From a virus (lineage: Duplodnaviria > Caudoviricetes): a stretch of DNA of 59,282 nucleotides. A program made the position numbers and the translations under genes. Under the pieces are notes generated by a model, which saw nothing but the letters and a program-made list of their open reading frames with translations, had not been told where the DNA came from and did no database searches. The stretch lies in IMG/VR virus record IMGVR_UViG_3300009426_001070, positions 1-59,282 of that record; one strand, given 5' to 3'. Shown piece by piece: positions 38,889 through 49,186 of the stretch (positions are counted from its first letter, which is position 1; each line of letters opens with the position of its first letter).

Positions 38889-40367
38889 ATGCCCAAAATT
38901 ATAAGCGGTCCAAGTGACCAAAGTTTAGAGCGCAAATTTCTAGGAGGACTGATCCATAACGGAGTTGATGTCTGGATTGATATTTGCGACTTTATAAAAG
39001 AAGAAGATCTCACAAATAGCGGAGTTAAGATGCTGTTTAAGGTTTGTAGACTTCTTTTAGAAGAGAATAAAACTTTAGATTCTGCGATCATATCTTCACG
39101 TTGCAAATCTCAAGGGATTACAATTAACGAAGGGAATGTCGGAGACTTTATAGAAAATCTTTTAATTTCCCCTTTAAATGTTAAGTCTAGTATTGAGGCT
39201 GCACAGGAATTGATAATGCTCCGAATTCGTCGGAATAAAATAGATAATGCTAGAGACATTGCTAAATTTTCTCAAGACTTTGAAGGAACCAATTTGTCAG
39301 ATTTCGCTAATGGAGCGGAAGAAATCTTCGCTGGTGGTAACGATATCATCCTTGATAAGCATGAGCCAATTAACATCGCTCAAAGTGCCTACGAAATCGT
39401 AGAAGAACTTGGCAATAACGATGGTGAATATGTCATTAAGACCCCTTGGTCCACCTTTAACGCTGCTTTCTCTGGCTTTAGACCCAAGGACTCGTACTGC
39501 ATAGCTGGAAGGCCTTCACACGGCAAATCTGGCGTCCTACTTTCGCTTGCTCAGTTTTGCGCGAATGAAATTGAAGATAATTTTATCGATGGTAAAAGAT
39601 TGCCAGTTCTATACCTAGACACCGAAATGAACGCGAATGAGCAGACGTTACGCTGGGCGGCGATGGTAGCTGATGTTGATCCCTATTTAGTAGAAAGTGG
39701 AGACTGGAGGAAAAATAAAGATTGTGTAGAAAAGATTAGAAGTGTTCTTAAAGACAAGTCTTCTACTGACAATTTCCACCATGTCTACGTTCCGGGTCTT
39801 TCGGCAATGGAAATTCGTTCTATTTTCCGTCGATGGGTTCGGAAAACCTGTGGTCGGGATAACGTAGGAATTGTAGTTTTTGATTATCTAAAAATCACTG
39901 GAGAAGAGCTTAAGGGAGCATCAAATCCAAGACTTGAAATGGGTTATAAGCTTGATATGCTTAAAGATGAAATCAAAGACAACTCTAATTGCACCTTTCT
40001 CTTTGGAGCACAAAGAAACAGGTATGGGGAAGATGATGATAGTTCTATTGCAGAATCAGACTATATCCAGCAACTTTCTACTTGGACAGGTCTAATTAAA
40101 AAGAAATCTATGGCTGAGCTTGCAGAGCAGCCAGCAGATGAATTCGGCACTCACATGTTGATCCCTACAAAATTCAGAAAACTTGGTAAGGATGGTCAAA
40201 ACTTTGAAAATCCAGTAAAGATTGAGGGAAAGTATTTGAGGAATTGGATTAATCTTGACTTCTCTAATTTTAGATTTAATGATATGGATGATGGTAGAGC
40301 GGTTCAAGATTACTTGAGTTTAGTTTCTACTAATAAGGGAGATAATAATAGAAGACAAATACCATAA
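38889..40367 (+). CDS. dnaB: Replicative DNA helicase
   Basis: AGRPSHGKS, YLDTEM, VFDYLK, AQRNR, IAESD. Confidence 0.9.
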   Translation: MPKIISGPSDQSLERKFLGGLIHNGVDVWIDICDFIKEEDLTNSGVKMLFKVCRLLLEENKTLDSAIISSRCKSQGITINEGNVGDFIENLLISPLNVKSSIEAAQELIMLRIRRNKIDNARDIAKFSQDFEGTNLSDFANGAEEIFAGGNDIILDKHEPINIAQSAYEIVEELGNNDGEYVIKTPWSTFNAAFSGFRPKDSYCIAGRPSHGKSGVLLSLAQFCANEIEDNFIDGKRLPVLYLDTEMNANEQTLRWAAMVADVDPYLVESGDWRKNKDCVEKIRSVLKDKSSTDNFHHVYVPGLSAMEIRSIFRRWVRKTCGRDNVGIVVFDYLKITGEELKGASNPRLEMGYKLDMLKDEIKDNSNCTFLFGAQRNRYGEDDDSSIAESDYIQQLSTWTGLIKKKSMAELAEQPADEFGTHMLIPTKFRKLGKDGQNFENPVKIEGKYLRNWINLDFSNFRFNDMDDGRAVQDYLSLVSTNKGDNNRRQIP

Positions 40368-40379
40368 TTAAAAATTTTC

Positions 40380-41369
40380 ATGTCAAACGTTAAGCAAATT
40401 CTGCGAAATAATGGAGTCAAAATAACGAGCGAAAACGATTCGGGTTTTGCTCAGTTTTGTCCGTCCTATCGAAATTCTAAAAATCCAATGGGAGCTTCGA
40501 TCAATCTCAAAACTGGTTGGGTGATTGATTGGAGTCAGGATGAAAAATTTCCATTAGATGTTTTAATCAAAAAGCTTGGAGGGAAAGAACTTTCAAAGAA
40601 AGATCTTGAAAATCTGCAGCCAATCTTTGAACAGGCGGATGAAAAAGAAAAAACCTTTTGGAAAAGGGATTCCCTTGTCCATTTTTTGCCAAACCATACT
40701 TATTGGCTAGACAGAGGAGTATCTAAAGAAACTTTAGACTTCTTCCAAGGGGGGGTATCTCATAGTGGTAAATTGTACCAGCGTTATGTATGGCCAGTTT
40801 TTGACCGCCACCAAAGAATCGTTGGATTTACAGGGAGAGATTTGAGTGGTGAGGCTAAAATTAAATACAAGCATGAGGGGAAGAGTTCTTACTTTCTTTT
40901 TGGTTTGTTTAATAAGCTTGGCAATTCTACTCCGATACTTTCTAGTATTTTAGAAGCCAACGAGGTTATTCTTGTCGAGGGTCCATCCGATTCAGTTGCT
41001 TGTTACGATGAGGGGGTTAAATTTGTATTACCCACAATCGGTTTGAATATTTCTAGAACACTAATGAGTTTTCTCATAGGAATAAATCCAGATAAAATCA
41101 CCATCTCTTATAATAGGGATGATAATTTTGCGGGTCAAAACGCAGCTGTTAAAAACTTTGCGAAACTAGCACAGCACTTCGACATTGAAAAGTTGTCCAT
41201 TAAGTATCCGACAGGTAATGATTTGTCAGACAATAAAAAAGATATTCAAAGTTGGGTTCACAAAAATGAGGATTCTGCTATATTTGAGTTTCGAGAAAAA
41301 TTTAAAAGATTAAGAAATAATAATAAAAAAATGACTCAACAAGAGATTAAAATAGGAAAAATGTTTTAA
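40380..41369 (+). CDS. dnaG: DNA primase (Toprim)
   Basis: RGVS, VGFTGR, KYKH, LVEGPSD. Confidence 0.85.
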   Translation: MSNVKQILRNNGVKITSENDSGFAQFCPSYRNSKNPMGASINLKTGWVIDWSQDEKFPLDVLIKKLGGKELSKKDLENLQPIFEQADEKEKTFWKRDSLVHFLPNHTYWLDRGVSKETLDFFQGGVSHSGKLYQRYVWPVFDRHQRIVGFTGRDLSGEAKIKYKHEGKSSYFLFGLFNKLGNSTPILSSILEANEVILVEGPSDSVACYDEGVKFVLPTIGLNISRTLMSFLIGINPDKITISYNRDDNFAGQNAAVKNFAKLAQHFDIEKLSIKYPTGNDLSDNKKDIQSWVHKNEDSAIFEFREKFKRLRNNNKKMTQQEIKIGKMF

Positions 41370-41382
41370 GAAAAATTAAAAA

Positions 41383-41640
41383 ATGATTATATTAATTAAA
41401 ATAATAATAACTTATATACTGGTCGGCATTCTTTTTTGCGTGGCTGAAGAAAAATATAAAAACTATATAATACTAAAACTCTCGTACTCAAATTTAGAGG
41501 GTAAGGATTATGAGCGGATGGAGTCTATAGCTAAATTATATTTAGAAAAAATTTCTTATCCAAATTTAAGAGCATGGGCCTCCTTGTTTTTCATTCCAGT
41601 TTTAGTACCTTATATCTTAATTTGTCATGGAAAAAAATAA
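41383..41640 (+). CDS. Small membrane protein
   Basis: Two hydrophobic segments. Confidence 0.6.
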   Translation: MIILIKIIITYILVGILFCVAEEKYKNYIILKLSYSNLEGKDYERMESIAKLYLEKISYPNLRAWASLFFIPVLVPYILICHGKK

Positions 41641-42118
41641 AATTAAACTAGGTATCTTCTGCTCGTCTTCTTTTAAAAATTATCCCTTCATTGAGGGTGT
41701 CTTAAATAAAAAAGTTGAAGAAATCGGACTAATCATTTCGAATAATTCTGGCTACAAATTGCCAGAGAAATATTCTCACGAAAAGAATATTCCAACGCTA
41801 TCCTACCCGATTGGTAAGAATTTAAATGCTCTAAAGGCTAACGACCTAATCATTAAAGCTTCTGACTGTGTTTTAATTGTTGATGACGGAAATTCTAAGA
41901 ATAATGATACTATCCGCAAAAAATGTGGTATTATAAATAAAAAATTTACATTTATTAATGCTCCACTTGAAGATACAATTTTAGATGCGGTTAAAGAATT
42001 TTTTGATACATTTGAAAAAGCCAAGGAAAGTGACTTGAGGGATTGGGTTTGCGAATCCAAAAGGGGGTTTGATAAATTGATTAAACTTCGGGAAAAATAT
42101 CATAAATTGATTAAATAA
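41627..42118 (+). CDS. SLOG/DUF2493-like protein
   Basis: GIFCSSSFKNY...NDLIIKASD...DGNSK. Confidence 0.55.
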   Translation: MEKNKIKLGIFCSSSFKNYPFIEGVLNKKVEEIGLIISNNSGYKLPEKYSHEKNIPTLSYPIGKNLNALKANDLIIKASDCVLIVDDGNSKNNDTIRKKCGIINKKFTFINAPLEDTILDAVKEFFDTFEKAKESDLRDWVCESKRGFDKLIKLREKYHKLIK

Positions 42119-42120
42119 TT

Positions 42121-43152
42121 ATGAGTATTAAAAAAGAATTCGCTCTTTCACCTAGCCGTATAATGAGTTATGTGAAGTGTTCATATGTATATTACATGGA
42201 AAACACTCTCATGTTAGACAGTGGTAAAAACTTTGGCAATATGAGGGGCAGTGTTCTCCATGATGCATGCGAACTATTAATTAAAGAGAAATATAAAAAC
42301 AGGGTTCAGAAAATTATTGATAGCGGTAGCATATCAAGCGACTCCGCTCTTATTAGATATTTAAAAATCAAAGGATACCAAGAGGGCTTAAGAGATGAGT
42401 ATGATCACAAGGGCAATCATAATTTTGAAATGATTTGTGATATGTTGTATGTTGTTCTATCGAATGACTTTTATTGCGAAGGTTGGGATATAGATTACGA
42501 TAATCTTGAGGTTAAATTCACACTGAGGAGCGAAGATCCAGAATACGTAATCCGTGGTTTGATTGATAAGCCAGCCCGAAGAGATGGAGTATACAAGATT
42601 TTAGACTACAAATCTAGTCAGTCTAAAAAATCTAAAAAAGATTTGGAAATGGAAATCCAAGCTTTGTGTTATATTTTGTACTGCATTAGAGGTTTGAAAG
42701 CTAAAGACGCTACGGTAGACTTTGTTTTTGCTCGATTCCCAGACGATCCGATAGACCGTATTGAAAATATATCTAAAAAAGAATTGCAAGGATTTGAACA
42801 TTACTTGTCAGATCTATATTCTCATTTGAAAAACTTTGATAAAAGCAGAGCGGCAGAAAATCTCGCAGCAGATCAGGGATATATTAAAGATGGCGGATTC
42901 GAGGGAAAGGTTATGTGCGGATATGCTCAGTATGAGGGACACTCTTATCCAGAAACCCACAAGGATAAGGATAAAAGAGGGAAGCCTTATTACTGTTGCC
43001 CATATAAATTTTCATTCACTTATTATTCGCAAAGAGATATTGATGGAAATATTATAAAATCTAGTAAAAAGTTAGAAAATTTAGAAGAGGGCGGAAAATA
43101 TTATATTACAGAAGAGTATCACGAGGGATGCCCCGCATTTAAATCGGTTTAG
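42121..43152 (+). CDS. PD-(D/E)XK nuclease (RecB/AddB/Cas4-like)
   Basis: LSPSRI..C, GSVLH, RGLID, ILDYKS, QALCY. Confidence 0.88.
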   Translation: MSIKKEFALSPSRIMSYVKCSYVYYMENTLMLDSGKNFGNMRGSVLHDACELLIKEKYKNRVQKIIDSGSISSDSALIRYLKIKGYQEGLRDEYDHKGNHNFEMICDMLYVVLSNDFYCEGWDIDYDNLEVKFTLRSEDPEYVIRGLIDKPARRDGVYKILDYKSSQSKKSKKDLEMEIQALCYILYCIRGLKAKDATVDFVFARFPDDPIDRIENISKKELQGFEHYLSDLYSHLKNFDKSRAAENLAADQGYIKDGGFEGKVMCGYAQYEGHSYPETHKDKDKRGKPYYCCPYKFSFTYYSQRDIDGNIIKSSKKLENLEEGGKYYITEEYHEGCPAFKSV

Positions 43153-43188
43153 AATTCTCTATTGGGCGTAAAATCTGTAATATTAGTC

Positions 43189-43542
43189 ATGAGAATCTTG
43201 TTTCTAATTTTAATATTAACTGGCTGCTCCACTAAAGAAGAGTCTCATAAAAATATTTATTTTTATGAACTCCCAGATACTGGCAGTATGGAGCCAGCAC
43301 TGTCTGGCGGTGATATTATTTACTTAGACTACTCATTTGATTATAAAGACCTTAAAGTCGGAGATGTGGTAGCTTATTATGACAATAAATACGGTCTCAG
43401 CAACGGGATACTGCACAGAATTGTAAAAAATTCTCCGCCGAAAGAATGGGTGATTAAGGGGGATAACAACCCAAGCATCGACAAGTACAATCTTAATGAA
43501 GAAAGTTATTATGGGAAGTTAATTAGGGTTGATTTTAAATAA
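43189..43542 (+). CDS. S26 signal peptidase-like lipoprotein
   Basis: Lipobox LTGC; TGSMEP, GDVV, LHRI, KGDNN; ATG 13 nt after TGTAA. Confidence 0.8.
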   Translation: MRILFLILILTGCSTKEESHKNIYFYELPDTGSMEPALSGGDIIYLDYSFDYKDLKVGDVVAYYDNKYGLSNGILHRIVKNSPPKEWVIKGDNNPSIDKYNLNEESYYGKLIRVDFK

Positions 43543-43562
43543 TTATATTTGATCATCATTTT

Positions 43563-44336
43563 ATGATTCTAGTCATAGGAGAAAATATTACAGATATATT
43601 CGTTTATTGCAGCTCAAAAAGGTTATCTCCAGAAGCCTGTTGTCCAGTATTGATTCCTGATAATAAAGTTTTAAATTCTGGGGGTGCTGGAAATGTTGTT
43701 GAGAATTTGAAATCTCTCAGAAACAAGGGTATTATCGGAATCCACCAAAAAAAAGAAATAACTAAAACTCGATATATTGTTGGCAACCAACATGTTATGA
43801 GGTATGATGAAAATGATAAGTGCGAAAACCTAAAAATTAAAGAACTTGAGGAGAGTCTATCAAAAAGGGGCTTAAGGTTGTCTAGATTTAAAGCAGTAGT
43901 AATCTCCAGCTACTCGAAAGGTTTCGTAACTCCTAAACTAATAAAGGATATAAGAAAAAAATATGATGGACTGATTTTTATTGACACTAAAGATAAGAAG
44001 GGTGACTGGTGTGAATTGGTAGATTTTATAAAAATAAATGACAAAGAGTGGTTTGAGAATTTTAATTCAAAATACGAAGGAAGTGCGAATATCTTCGTCA
44101 CAAAAGGCTCCGAGGGGGTTGATTGGATAAATAAAAATGAAAACTTTAAGGTTGATCCTATTGAGGTTGCGGATTTTGTCGGAGCTGGAGATTCATTTTT
44201 CTCCGGATTTATTACAAAATACTTAGAGTCTAAAGATGTGAAAAAGGGTCTTGACTTTGCAAATAAGTGTGCTAGAGTATCGGTAAGTAAAAAGGGGGTA
44301 GTCTCCGTTAAAAAAGAAGAAATTGCTGAGGATTAA
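43563..44336 (+). CDS. hldA: Heptose-7-phosphate kinase (HldE/RfaE domain I, PfkB family)
   Basis: VIGE..TD, RLSPEACCPV, GGAGNV, TKTR, YSKG, GAGDSF. Confidence 0.85.
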   Translation: MILVIGENITDIFVYCSSKRLSPEACCPVLIPDNKVLNSGGAGNVVENLKSLRNKGIIGIHQKKEITKTRYIVGNQHVMRYDENDKCENLKIKELEESLSKRGLRLSRFKAVVISSYSKGFVTPKLIKDIRKKYDGLIFIDTKDKKGDWCELVDFIKINDKEWFENFNSKYEGSANIFVTKGSEGVDWINKNENFKVDPIEVADFVGAGDSFFSGFITKYLESKDVKKGLDFANKCARVSVSKKGVVSVKKEEIAED

Positions 44337-44362
44337 ATAATCCCAACTCTGGTAAATATAAA

Positions 44363-44812
44363 ATGAAATGCAGTAAATTTGGCACTAACCCAGAAGTTAG
44401 TAAGAAACTAAACATATCTTTTTGCTCTGGCTGTTTTGACGGTTCGTACTTGCATGATGGCCATAAACATTTAATAAGCAGGATGGTAGAATCTTCCAAT
44501 TACCAAGTGATTGCGATAAATTCCGATGACTATATAAGAAGACACAAGAGGGAGCCAATTTGCCAACAAGACGAAAGAAAAAATCGACTATTAAAATTAG
44601 GGATTGACGAAGTAGTAATTTTCAATGAAGATTCGCCAATACAAATAATTAAAATGATTGAGCCTCAGAATATTTTCGTGGGAGATGATTATACTTTAGA
44701 TCGTGTGGCTGGATATCCAGAATGTAAAGAGTGGGGAGGTGAAGTTCGAATAATAAGCCGAATAAACGGCATATCAACAACAAAGATAATTAATGAAATT
44801 GATTTATATTGA
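44363..44812 (+). CDS. hldC: Heptose-1-phosphate nucleotidyltransferase (HldE/RfaE domain II)
   Basis: GCFD..LHDGH, INSD, DEVVIFNEDSP, GDDY, GISTT. Confidence 0.85.
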   Translation: MKCSKFGTNPEVSKKLNISFCSGCFDGSYLHDGHKHLISRMVESSNYQVIAINSDDYIRRHKREPICQQDERKNRLLKLGIDEVVIFNEDSPIQIIKMIEPQNIFVGDDYTLDRVAGYPECKEWGGEVRIISRINGISTTKIINEIDLY

Positions 44813-45323
44813 CCTCGATGGAGTTTGCGTAGATTTCACCAAGAATGTTTCCGAAATGTTCAAGCTCACAGATACCCCAATACATTTGCCAGAAAATCTT
44901 GCTCCTTGGACTTACGAGGGTGAAGAGCGTCAGCGGTTAAATATTGTGATGGAAACATATAATTTTTGGGTAAACTTGGAGCCTTACCTGTGGTCTAGAG
45001 GTTTAGTTGAATTATGCCAAAAATACGGGGATGTTAGATTTCTGTCTAAAGCTCGCCCGAATTCTGGCTGCATGGCGGGTAAAATGGACTGGATTTTAAA
45101 ATATTTTCCAGAAATGAAATACAAAACTATCTTGACAACTCAAGATAAGTGGGTATGCTCTAGCCCTAACAGTATTCTTATAGATGACGACCTTCGCCAT
45201 AAAGACGGATGGACAAATGGCGGTGGGTATTATTATCACTGGGAAGAGTTAAAAGGATGCCAAGAAGGAAACACAATAGCAAAAAAAAGAATAATTAAAT
45301 TGGAGAAAATTTTAAATGAGTAA
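44793..45323 (+). CDS. HAD phosphatase, 5'(3')-deoxyribonucleotidase-like
   Basis: YIDLDGVCVDF, GKMDW, ILIDD. Confidence 0.8.
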   Translation: MKLIYIDLDGVCVDFTKNVSEMFKLTDTPIHLPENLAPWTYEGEERQRLNIVMETYNFWVNLEPYLWSRGLVELCQKYGDVRFLSKARPNSGCMAGKMDWILKYFPEMKYKTILTTQDKWVCSSPNSILIDDDLRHKDGWTNGGGYYYHWEELKGCQEGNTIAKKRIIKLEKILNE

Positions 45324-45483
45324 AATTATGTTAGCCAAACCGAATATAGTTTATTATATTCCTGAAAAAACCTTGACAGCATATGAAGAGGGTAAAATAA
45401 TCTTTAAAGATGGAGATAATGAGCTAAAATTAGAGGTTTGTGGCCGACTAGGAAACGGATTTAATATTATATTGCATGATTAA
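45316..45483 (+). CDS. 55-aa hypothetical protein (not in ORF track)
   Basis: MSKIMLAKP...IILHD fills the gap and overlaps both neighbours. Confidence 0.6.
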   Translation: MSKIMLAKPNIVYYIPEKTLTAYEEGKIIFKDGDNELKLEVCGRLGNGFNIILHD

Positions 45484-45898
45484 AAAACCAAAAATAGTAA
45501 ATAAAGATTGGGGTCGCGAAATTCATTGGACTAATAATACTGATTATTGCGGTAAAACCTTAGAGCTGAAAAGTGGTCACTACTGCAGCCTTCATTCACA
45601 TTGGAAGCGTGAGCATTTTTTGATTCATAGCGGTAACGTAAGATTAGCTTTGGAATTCGATGCGCTATCAAACGATGACAGATACAACATTGGAAAAATA
45701 AATTTTTTTGACTTAGTCGAGGGGGATTGTATTGAAATCCCACGCAGCTCTTGGCATTCTTTTTATGGAGTTACTGTTAGTCAAATTATTGAATTTTCAA
45801 CTCCAGACGAAGAATCGGCAAGATTATTTGAAAGTGGATCCAATGATATTAAAAATTGGGAAAAATTAGTTTTAAAAACTAGAGAAAAATATAAATGA
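45476..45898 (+). CDS. Cupin, sugar isomerase/epimerase-like
   Basis: KDWGRE, YCGK, CSLHSH..REHF, WHSF, IEFST. Confidence 0.8.
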   Translation: MIKKPKIVNKDWGREIHWTNNTDYCGKTLELKSGHYCSLHSHWKREHFLIHSGNVRLALEFDALSNDDRYNIGKINFFDLVEGDCIEIPRSSWHSFYGVTVSQIIEFSTPDEESARLFESGSNDIKNWEKLVLKTREKYK

Positions 45899-46782
45899 AA
45901 ACAATATTAATAACTGGATCGGAAGGGTTTATAGGTTCTAGATTCTCAGAACTCAATAAAAATAAATATAGAATTTTTGATCTAAATAAATCACATGCGG
46001 GAAACTTATTTGAAAATAAATTATCCGATTTTGAATCTTTAGTTTGGTTCGACTGTAAAAATCACAAAACGTATGAATTTTCAGACATGGATGCGGTTTT
46101 TCATTTTGGAGCAGAAACGGATACCACTTCGAATAACACTCAAGAATATTTTAAATACAATTGTTTATTTACCAATCGTCTTATCGATGAATGCTCTGAG
46201 TACAATATTCCTTTAATATTTTCTTCCTCCGCATCGCTTTATGGATCTGGGAATAATATCCCCCTTAATCTTTACGCTTGGAGTAAGTGGGTAAGCGAAA
46301 AATATGGGGTTGAAAAAGCTAATAGAAAGCTTCAAGAAAATATAATAAACAAAAGAAAGTCATCGGTTAATAAATGGAGGTTCGCAGCCCTACGCTATTT
46401 CAATGTTTATGGTATCGGGGAACATAATAAAAACATTAAAATGACATCACTTGTATATCAAAATCTTAAAAATAGTAAGATTCAGTTATTTACTGGAAAG
46501 CCTACTAGGGATTTTGTATTCGTAGATGATATAGTATCAGCTAACGTTCACGCTTTTGAGACCAAGCAGTCTGGAGTATTTGATGTGGGTTGCTCCTCCC
46601 CAAGAAGTTTCGAGGACATCGCGAGCTGCCTAGGTGCTGAAGTGGAATATATAGAGAACCCCATAAAAAGCCAGTATCAGTTTTACACATGTGCCGATAG
46701 AACAAAAATGCTTGACAATTGGTCTGCCAAGTATAATTTAGAGAGTGGAATTAAAAAAATGAAGGAGTATTATAATAAATGA
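45895..46782 (+). CDS. hldD: ADP-L-glycero-D-manno-heptose 6-epimerase-like SDR
   Basis: TGSEGFIG, HFGAETDT, SSASLYG, PLNLYAWSK, LRYFNVYG..EH, YQFYTCAD. Confidence 0.85.
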   Translation: MKTILITGSEGFIGSRFSELNKNKYRIFDLNKSHAGNLFENKLSDFESLVWFDCKNHKTYEFSDMDAVFHFGAETDTTSNNTQEYFKYNCLFTNRLIDECSEYNIPLIFSSSASLYGSGNNIPLNLYAWSKWVSEKYGVEKANRKLQENIINKRKSSVNKWRFAALRYFNVYGIGEHNKNIKMTSLVYQNLKNSKIQLFTGKPTRDFVFVDDIVSANVHAFETKQSGVFDVGCSSPRSFEDIASCLGAEVEYIENPIKSQYQFYTCADRTKMLDNWSAKYNLESGIKKMKEYYNK

Positions 46783-47159
46783 GTTTAAACTTTTACCAAA
46801 CCTGCCCGACAATTGATCAAGGAATCGCTGAATGCAAAGATATTATTGAAAACTATCTGGATGATATGGTGAATGACATAAATCCCGCACTTTATTCCGC
46901 CGAAAAGGGTAAAGATAAAAATAACATCGTTGACTCTTTCAGAGATATGATGTATAACGATATAGAGCATATTTTTGAAAGTGTTAGAGAAACAAATGTC
47001 CAGATGAGGGAAGTGGCTGATGATCAAATTCGTAATTTAGAATACGAAGTTGATGAGATTAGCTCTGAATTGGAAAATTTGAAAATCGAATACGAGCAAG
47101 CTCAAAAACAAATTATAAATTTAGAAATTGACGGGGAAGGTATTTTTAATGAATTTTAA
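46779..47159 (+). CDS. Coiled-coil hypothetical protein
   Basis: TCPTID N-terminus, acidic coiled coil. Confidence 0.7.
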   Translation: MSLNFYQTCPTIDQGIAECKDIIENYLDDMVNDINPALYSAEKGKDKNNIVDSFRDMMYNDIEHIFESVRETNVQMREVADDQIRNLEYEVDEISSELENLKIEYEQAQKQIINLEIDGEGIFNEF

Positions 47160-47169
47160 ATAAACTTAT

Positions 47170-47874
47170 ATGATAAAAAGAGATACGGGACAAAATTTAC
47201 TTAGGTATAATTGTAATAATTATAGGTTTTTATGCTATGATTATGAGACTGAGTCGCTGTGTCTTTCTGGCAATAACAAGCCTTGGGAGGTGGGCTACAT
47301 AACTGTAGAAGGTGGTAAAATTACTTCTGAACACAACCGTACCATCTGGTGGGAAGATTTAAATATTTCTGATGATGCTGCCAGAATTACTCGTTTCAAT
47401 TATGAAAATTACAAAAAAAGTTCAGAAGATCCTAATTTAGTTCTTGATCAATTTGAAAACGAGCTTTATGATCCAAAGACTATTAATATTACTTATAATG
47501 GTTTGAATTTTGATATGTATCTGCATCAGCTATGGAGAAAGAAGCTTGGTAAAGGGATTGATTGGACTTTCTTGCCTCGCTCCATTGATATTCTTGTCCT
47601 GTCTAGAGCTTATCGTATGGAGATGGAACCGCCAGAGGATTGGGAGGATTTTTTCTGTTGGCAATTCAAATTGGCAAACTATTTTAGTGACAATAGAACA
47701 AGATCTTCTCGAAAATTGCCAAGCTGCACTTTGAAAAAGATGTGCGATGAACTTGACATTGAATTCGATGATGGACAAGCACATGGAGGACTCTACGATG
47801 TGCATAAAACTTGGGAAGTCTTCAAACAGCTTATTAGAAAGATGGAAATAACAACTAAACATCTAAATATCTAA
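47170..47874 (+). CDS. DEDDh 3'-5' exonuclease (DnaQ-like)
   Basis: DYETE, YNGLNFD, AHGGLYDV. Confidence 0.88.
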   Translation: MIKRDTGQNLLRYNCNNYRFLCYDYETESLCLSGNNKPWEVGYITVEGGKITSEHNRTIWWEDLNISDDAARITRFNYENYKKSSEDPNLVLDQFENELYDPKTINITYNGLNFDMYLHQLWRKKLGKGIDWTFLPRSIDILVLSRAYRMEMEPPEDWEDFFCWQFKLANYFSDNRTRSSRKLPSCTLKKMCDELDIEFDDGQAHGGLYDVHKTWEVFKQLIRKMEITTKHLNI

Positions 47875-47986
47875 AAGCGACAATAATCTAAGAAAGTAAA
47901 AAACTAGTTGACAATATAATAGAGCGATGCTACTATTATTTGTACGACTTAAAACAAAAACAAAAACAAAACAGAAAAATATAATT

Positions 47987-48439
47987 ATGGCAAAAAAATC
48001 ATTTAAACTAGAAGACGTAGAATTTGTATGCGATAAAAACCAGCTTGAATCCGAAAAGAGACAGGCTGTGATTAATGACCTTAAAGCTATGCTTGAGGAA
48101 GAAGAAGAGCAAGAAGAAGTTGAAAAGGTAGAATACAAGATCGCTGGCTTATTCCCAGATGGAGAGGGTTATGATAAAATTCCTCTTGAAGATAGGGTAA
48201 TAATTCCTATTAAATTGCCAGTAGAATTTGATACTTCGACCTTACAAGACTGTATGGTAGCGGCTGCAACGAAACACAATGAAAGTCGTAGGGCTAAAAA
48301 ACAAGGTAAAATTTTTACACTTAATGACCTGCTAACAAAGGCAACAAAAAAGAATTTGACCGAAGAAGGAATTAAGGTTCAATGTGACGCTCGTTTTGAA
48401 ATTGTGCCTTGCAATCCTCAGCTTATTGAAGAAAAATAG
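47987..48439 (+). CDS. Hypothetical protein
   Basis: A/C-rich leader, TTGACA at 47908. Confidence 0.7.
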   Translation: MAKKSFKLEDVEFVCDKNQLESEKRQAVINDLKAMLEEEEEQEEVEKVEYKIAGLFPDGEGYDKIPLEDRVIIPIKLPVEFDTSTLQDCMVAAATKHNESRRAKKQGKIFTLNDLLTKATKKNLTEEGIKVQCDARFEIVPCNPQLIEEK

Positions 48440-48451
48440 ATTATAACCTAA

Positions 48452-49186
48452 ATGATTTATTTATTCTCTAGTGCCAACTCTCTCAACTCAATTCTTACCA
48501 TTGATAAAAAATCAAAGGAGGGCGGTAGCGATTCTATTTTTCAGCTTGCAAAGGAAAATAATATAGATCAGGTATTTTTAATTGAAAAAAATCCATCTTC
48601 TTTCCCTCAAGCACTTAGTAACGCCACAGAATTGGGGCTACAGCTCGTTTACGGGTTATCGTTGACAGTCTGCGAAGACTCGGACGATAAAGAGTTAGAA
48701 TCGATTTCTACGGAACATAAAATGGTTTTTATCGCCAAGACTGGCGAGGCATATAAGAACATCCTAATGAAATTATATAGTGACGCTGCAACAAGGGGAA
48801 ACTATAACGGGTTGCCAAGAACAGATTTTGATCGTATCAAAGAGTTCTGGGGAGAGGATATGTTGATGATGGTTCCATTTTATGATAATTTTCTACATAA
48901 AAACTTATTCTCTTTCGGGAATTGCTTGGTAAAATTTCATGAATATAACCCTACGTTTTGCGTTGAATATCATGAGCTACCACTAGATAGGATGATGGCT
49001 ATTAAAATAAAGGAATATTGCAAGGAAAATAACTATGACTATATCAATAGCCATAGCGTAAGATATAAGAGCGAGGAAGATATTGATGCATACTTGACTT
49101 ATAGATGTATTCAGAATAAAAGTAGTATTCAATGCCCAAATCTTGAGGGCTTTTCTTCAAATAAATTTTCACTAATACGTGGTTAA
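48452..49186 (+). CDS. Stand-alone PHP domain of Pol III alpha, degenerate
   Basis: SANSLNSIL, LVYGL, FIAKTGEAYKNI, PRTD. Confidence 0.75.
   Translation: MIYLFSSANSLNSILTIDKKSKEGGSDSIFQLAKENNIDQVFLIEKNPSSFPQALSNATELGLQLVYGLSLTVCEDSDDKELESISTEHKMVFIAKTGEAYKNILMKLYSDAATRGNYNGLPRTDFDRIKEFWGEDMLMMVPFYDNFLHKNLFSFGNCLVKFHEYNPTFCVEYHELPLDRMMAIKIKEYCKENNYDYINSHSVRYKSEEDIDAYLTYRCIQNKSSIQCPNLEGFSSNKFSLIRG

Noticed and set aside
42121-43152. Cas4 / CRISPR system
   Set aside because: No other cas genes and no repeat-spacer array; stand-alone nucleases of this type are common in phages
23578-46782. Bacterial chromosomal LPS/O-antigen locus
   Set aside because: Sugar genes are interleaved with phage-type replication genes, with no flippase, polymerase or housekeeping context
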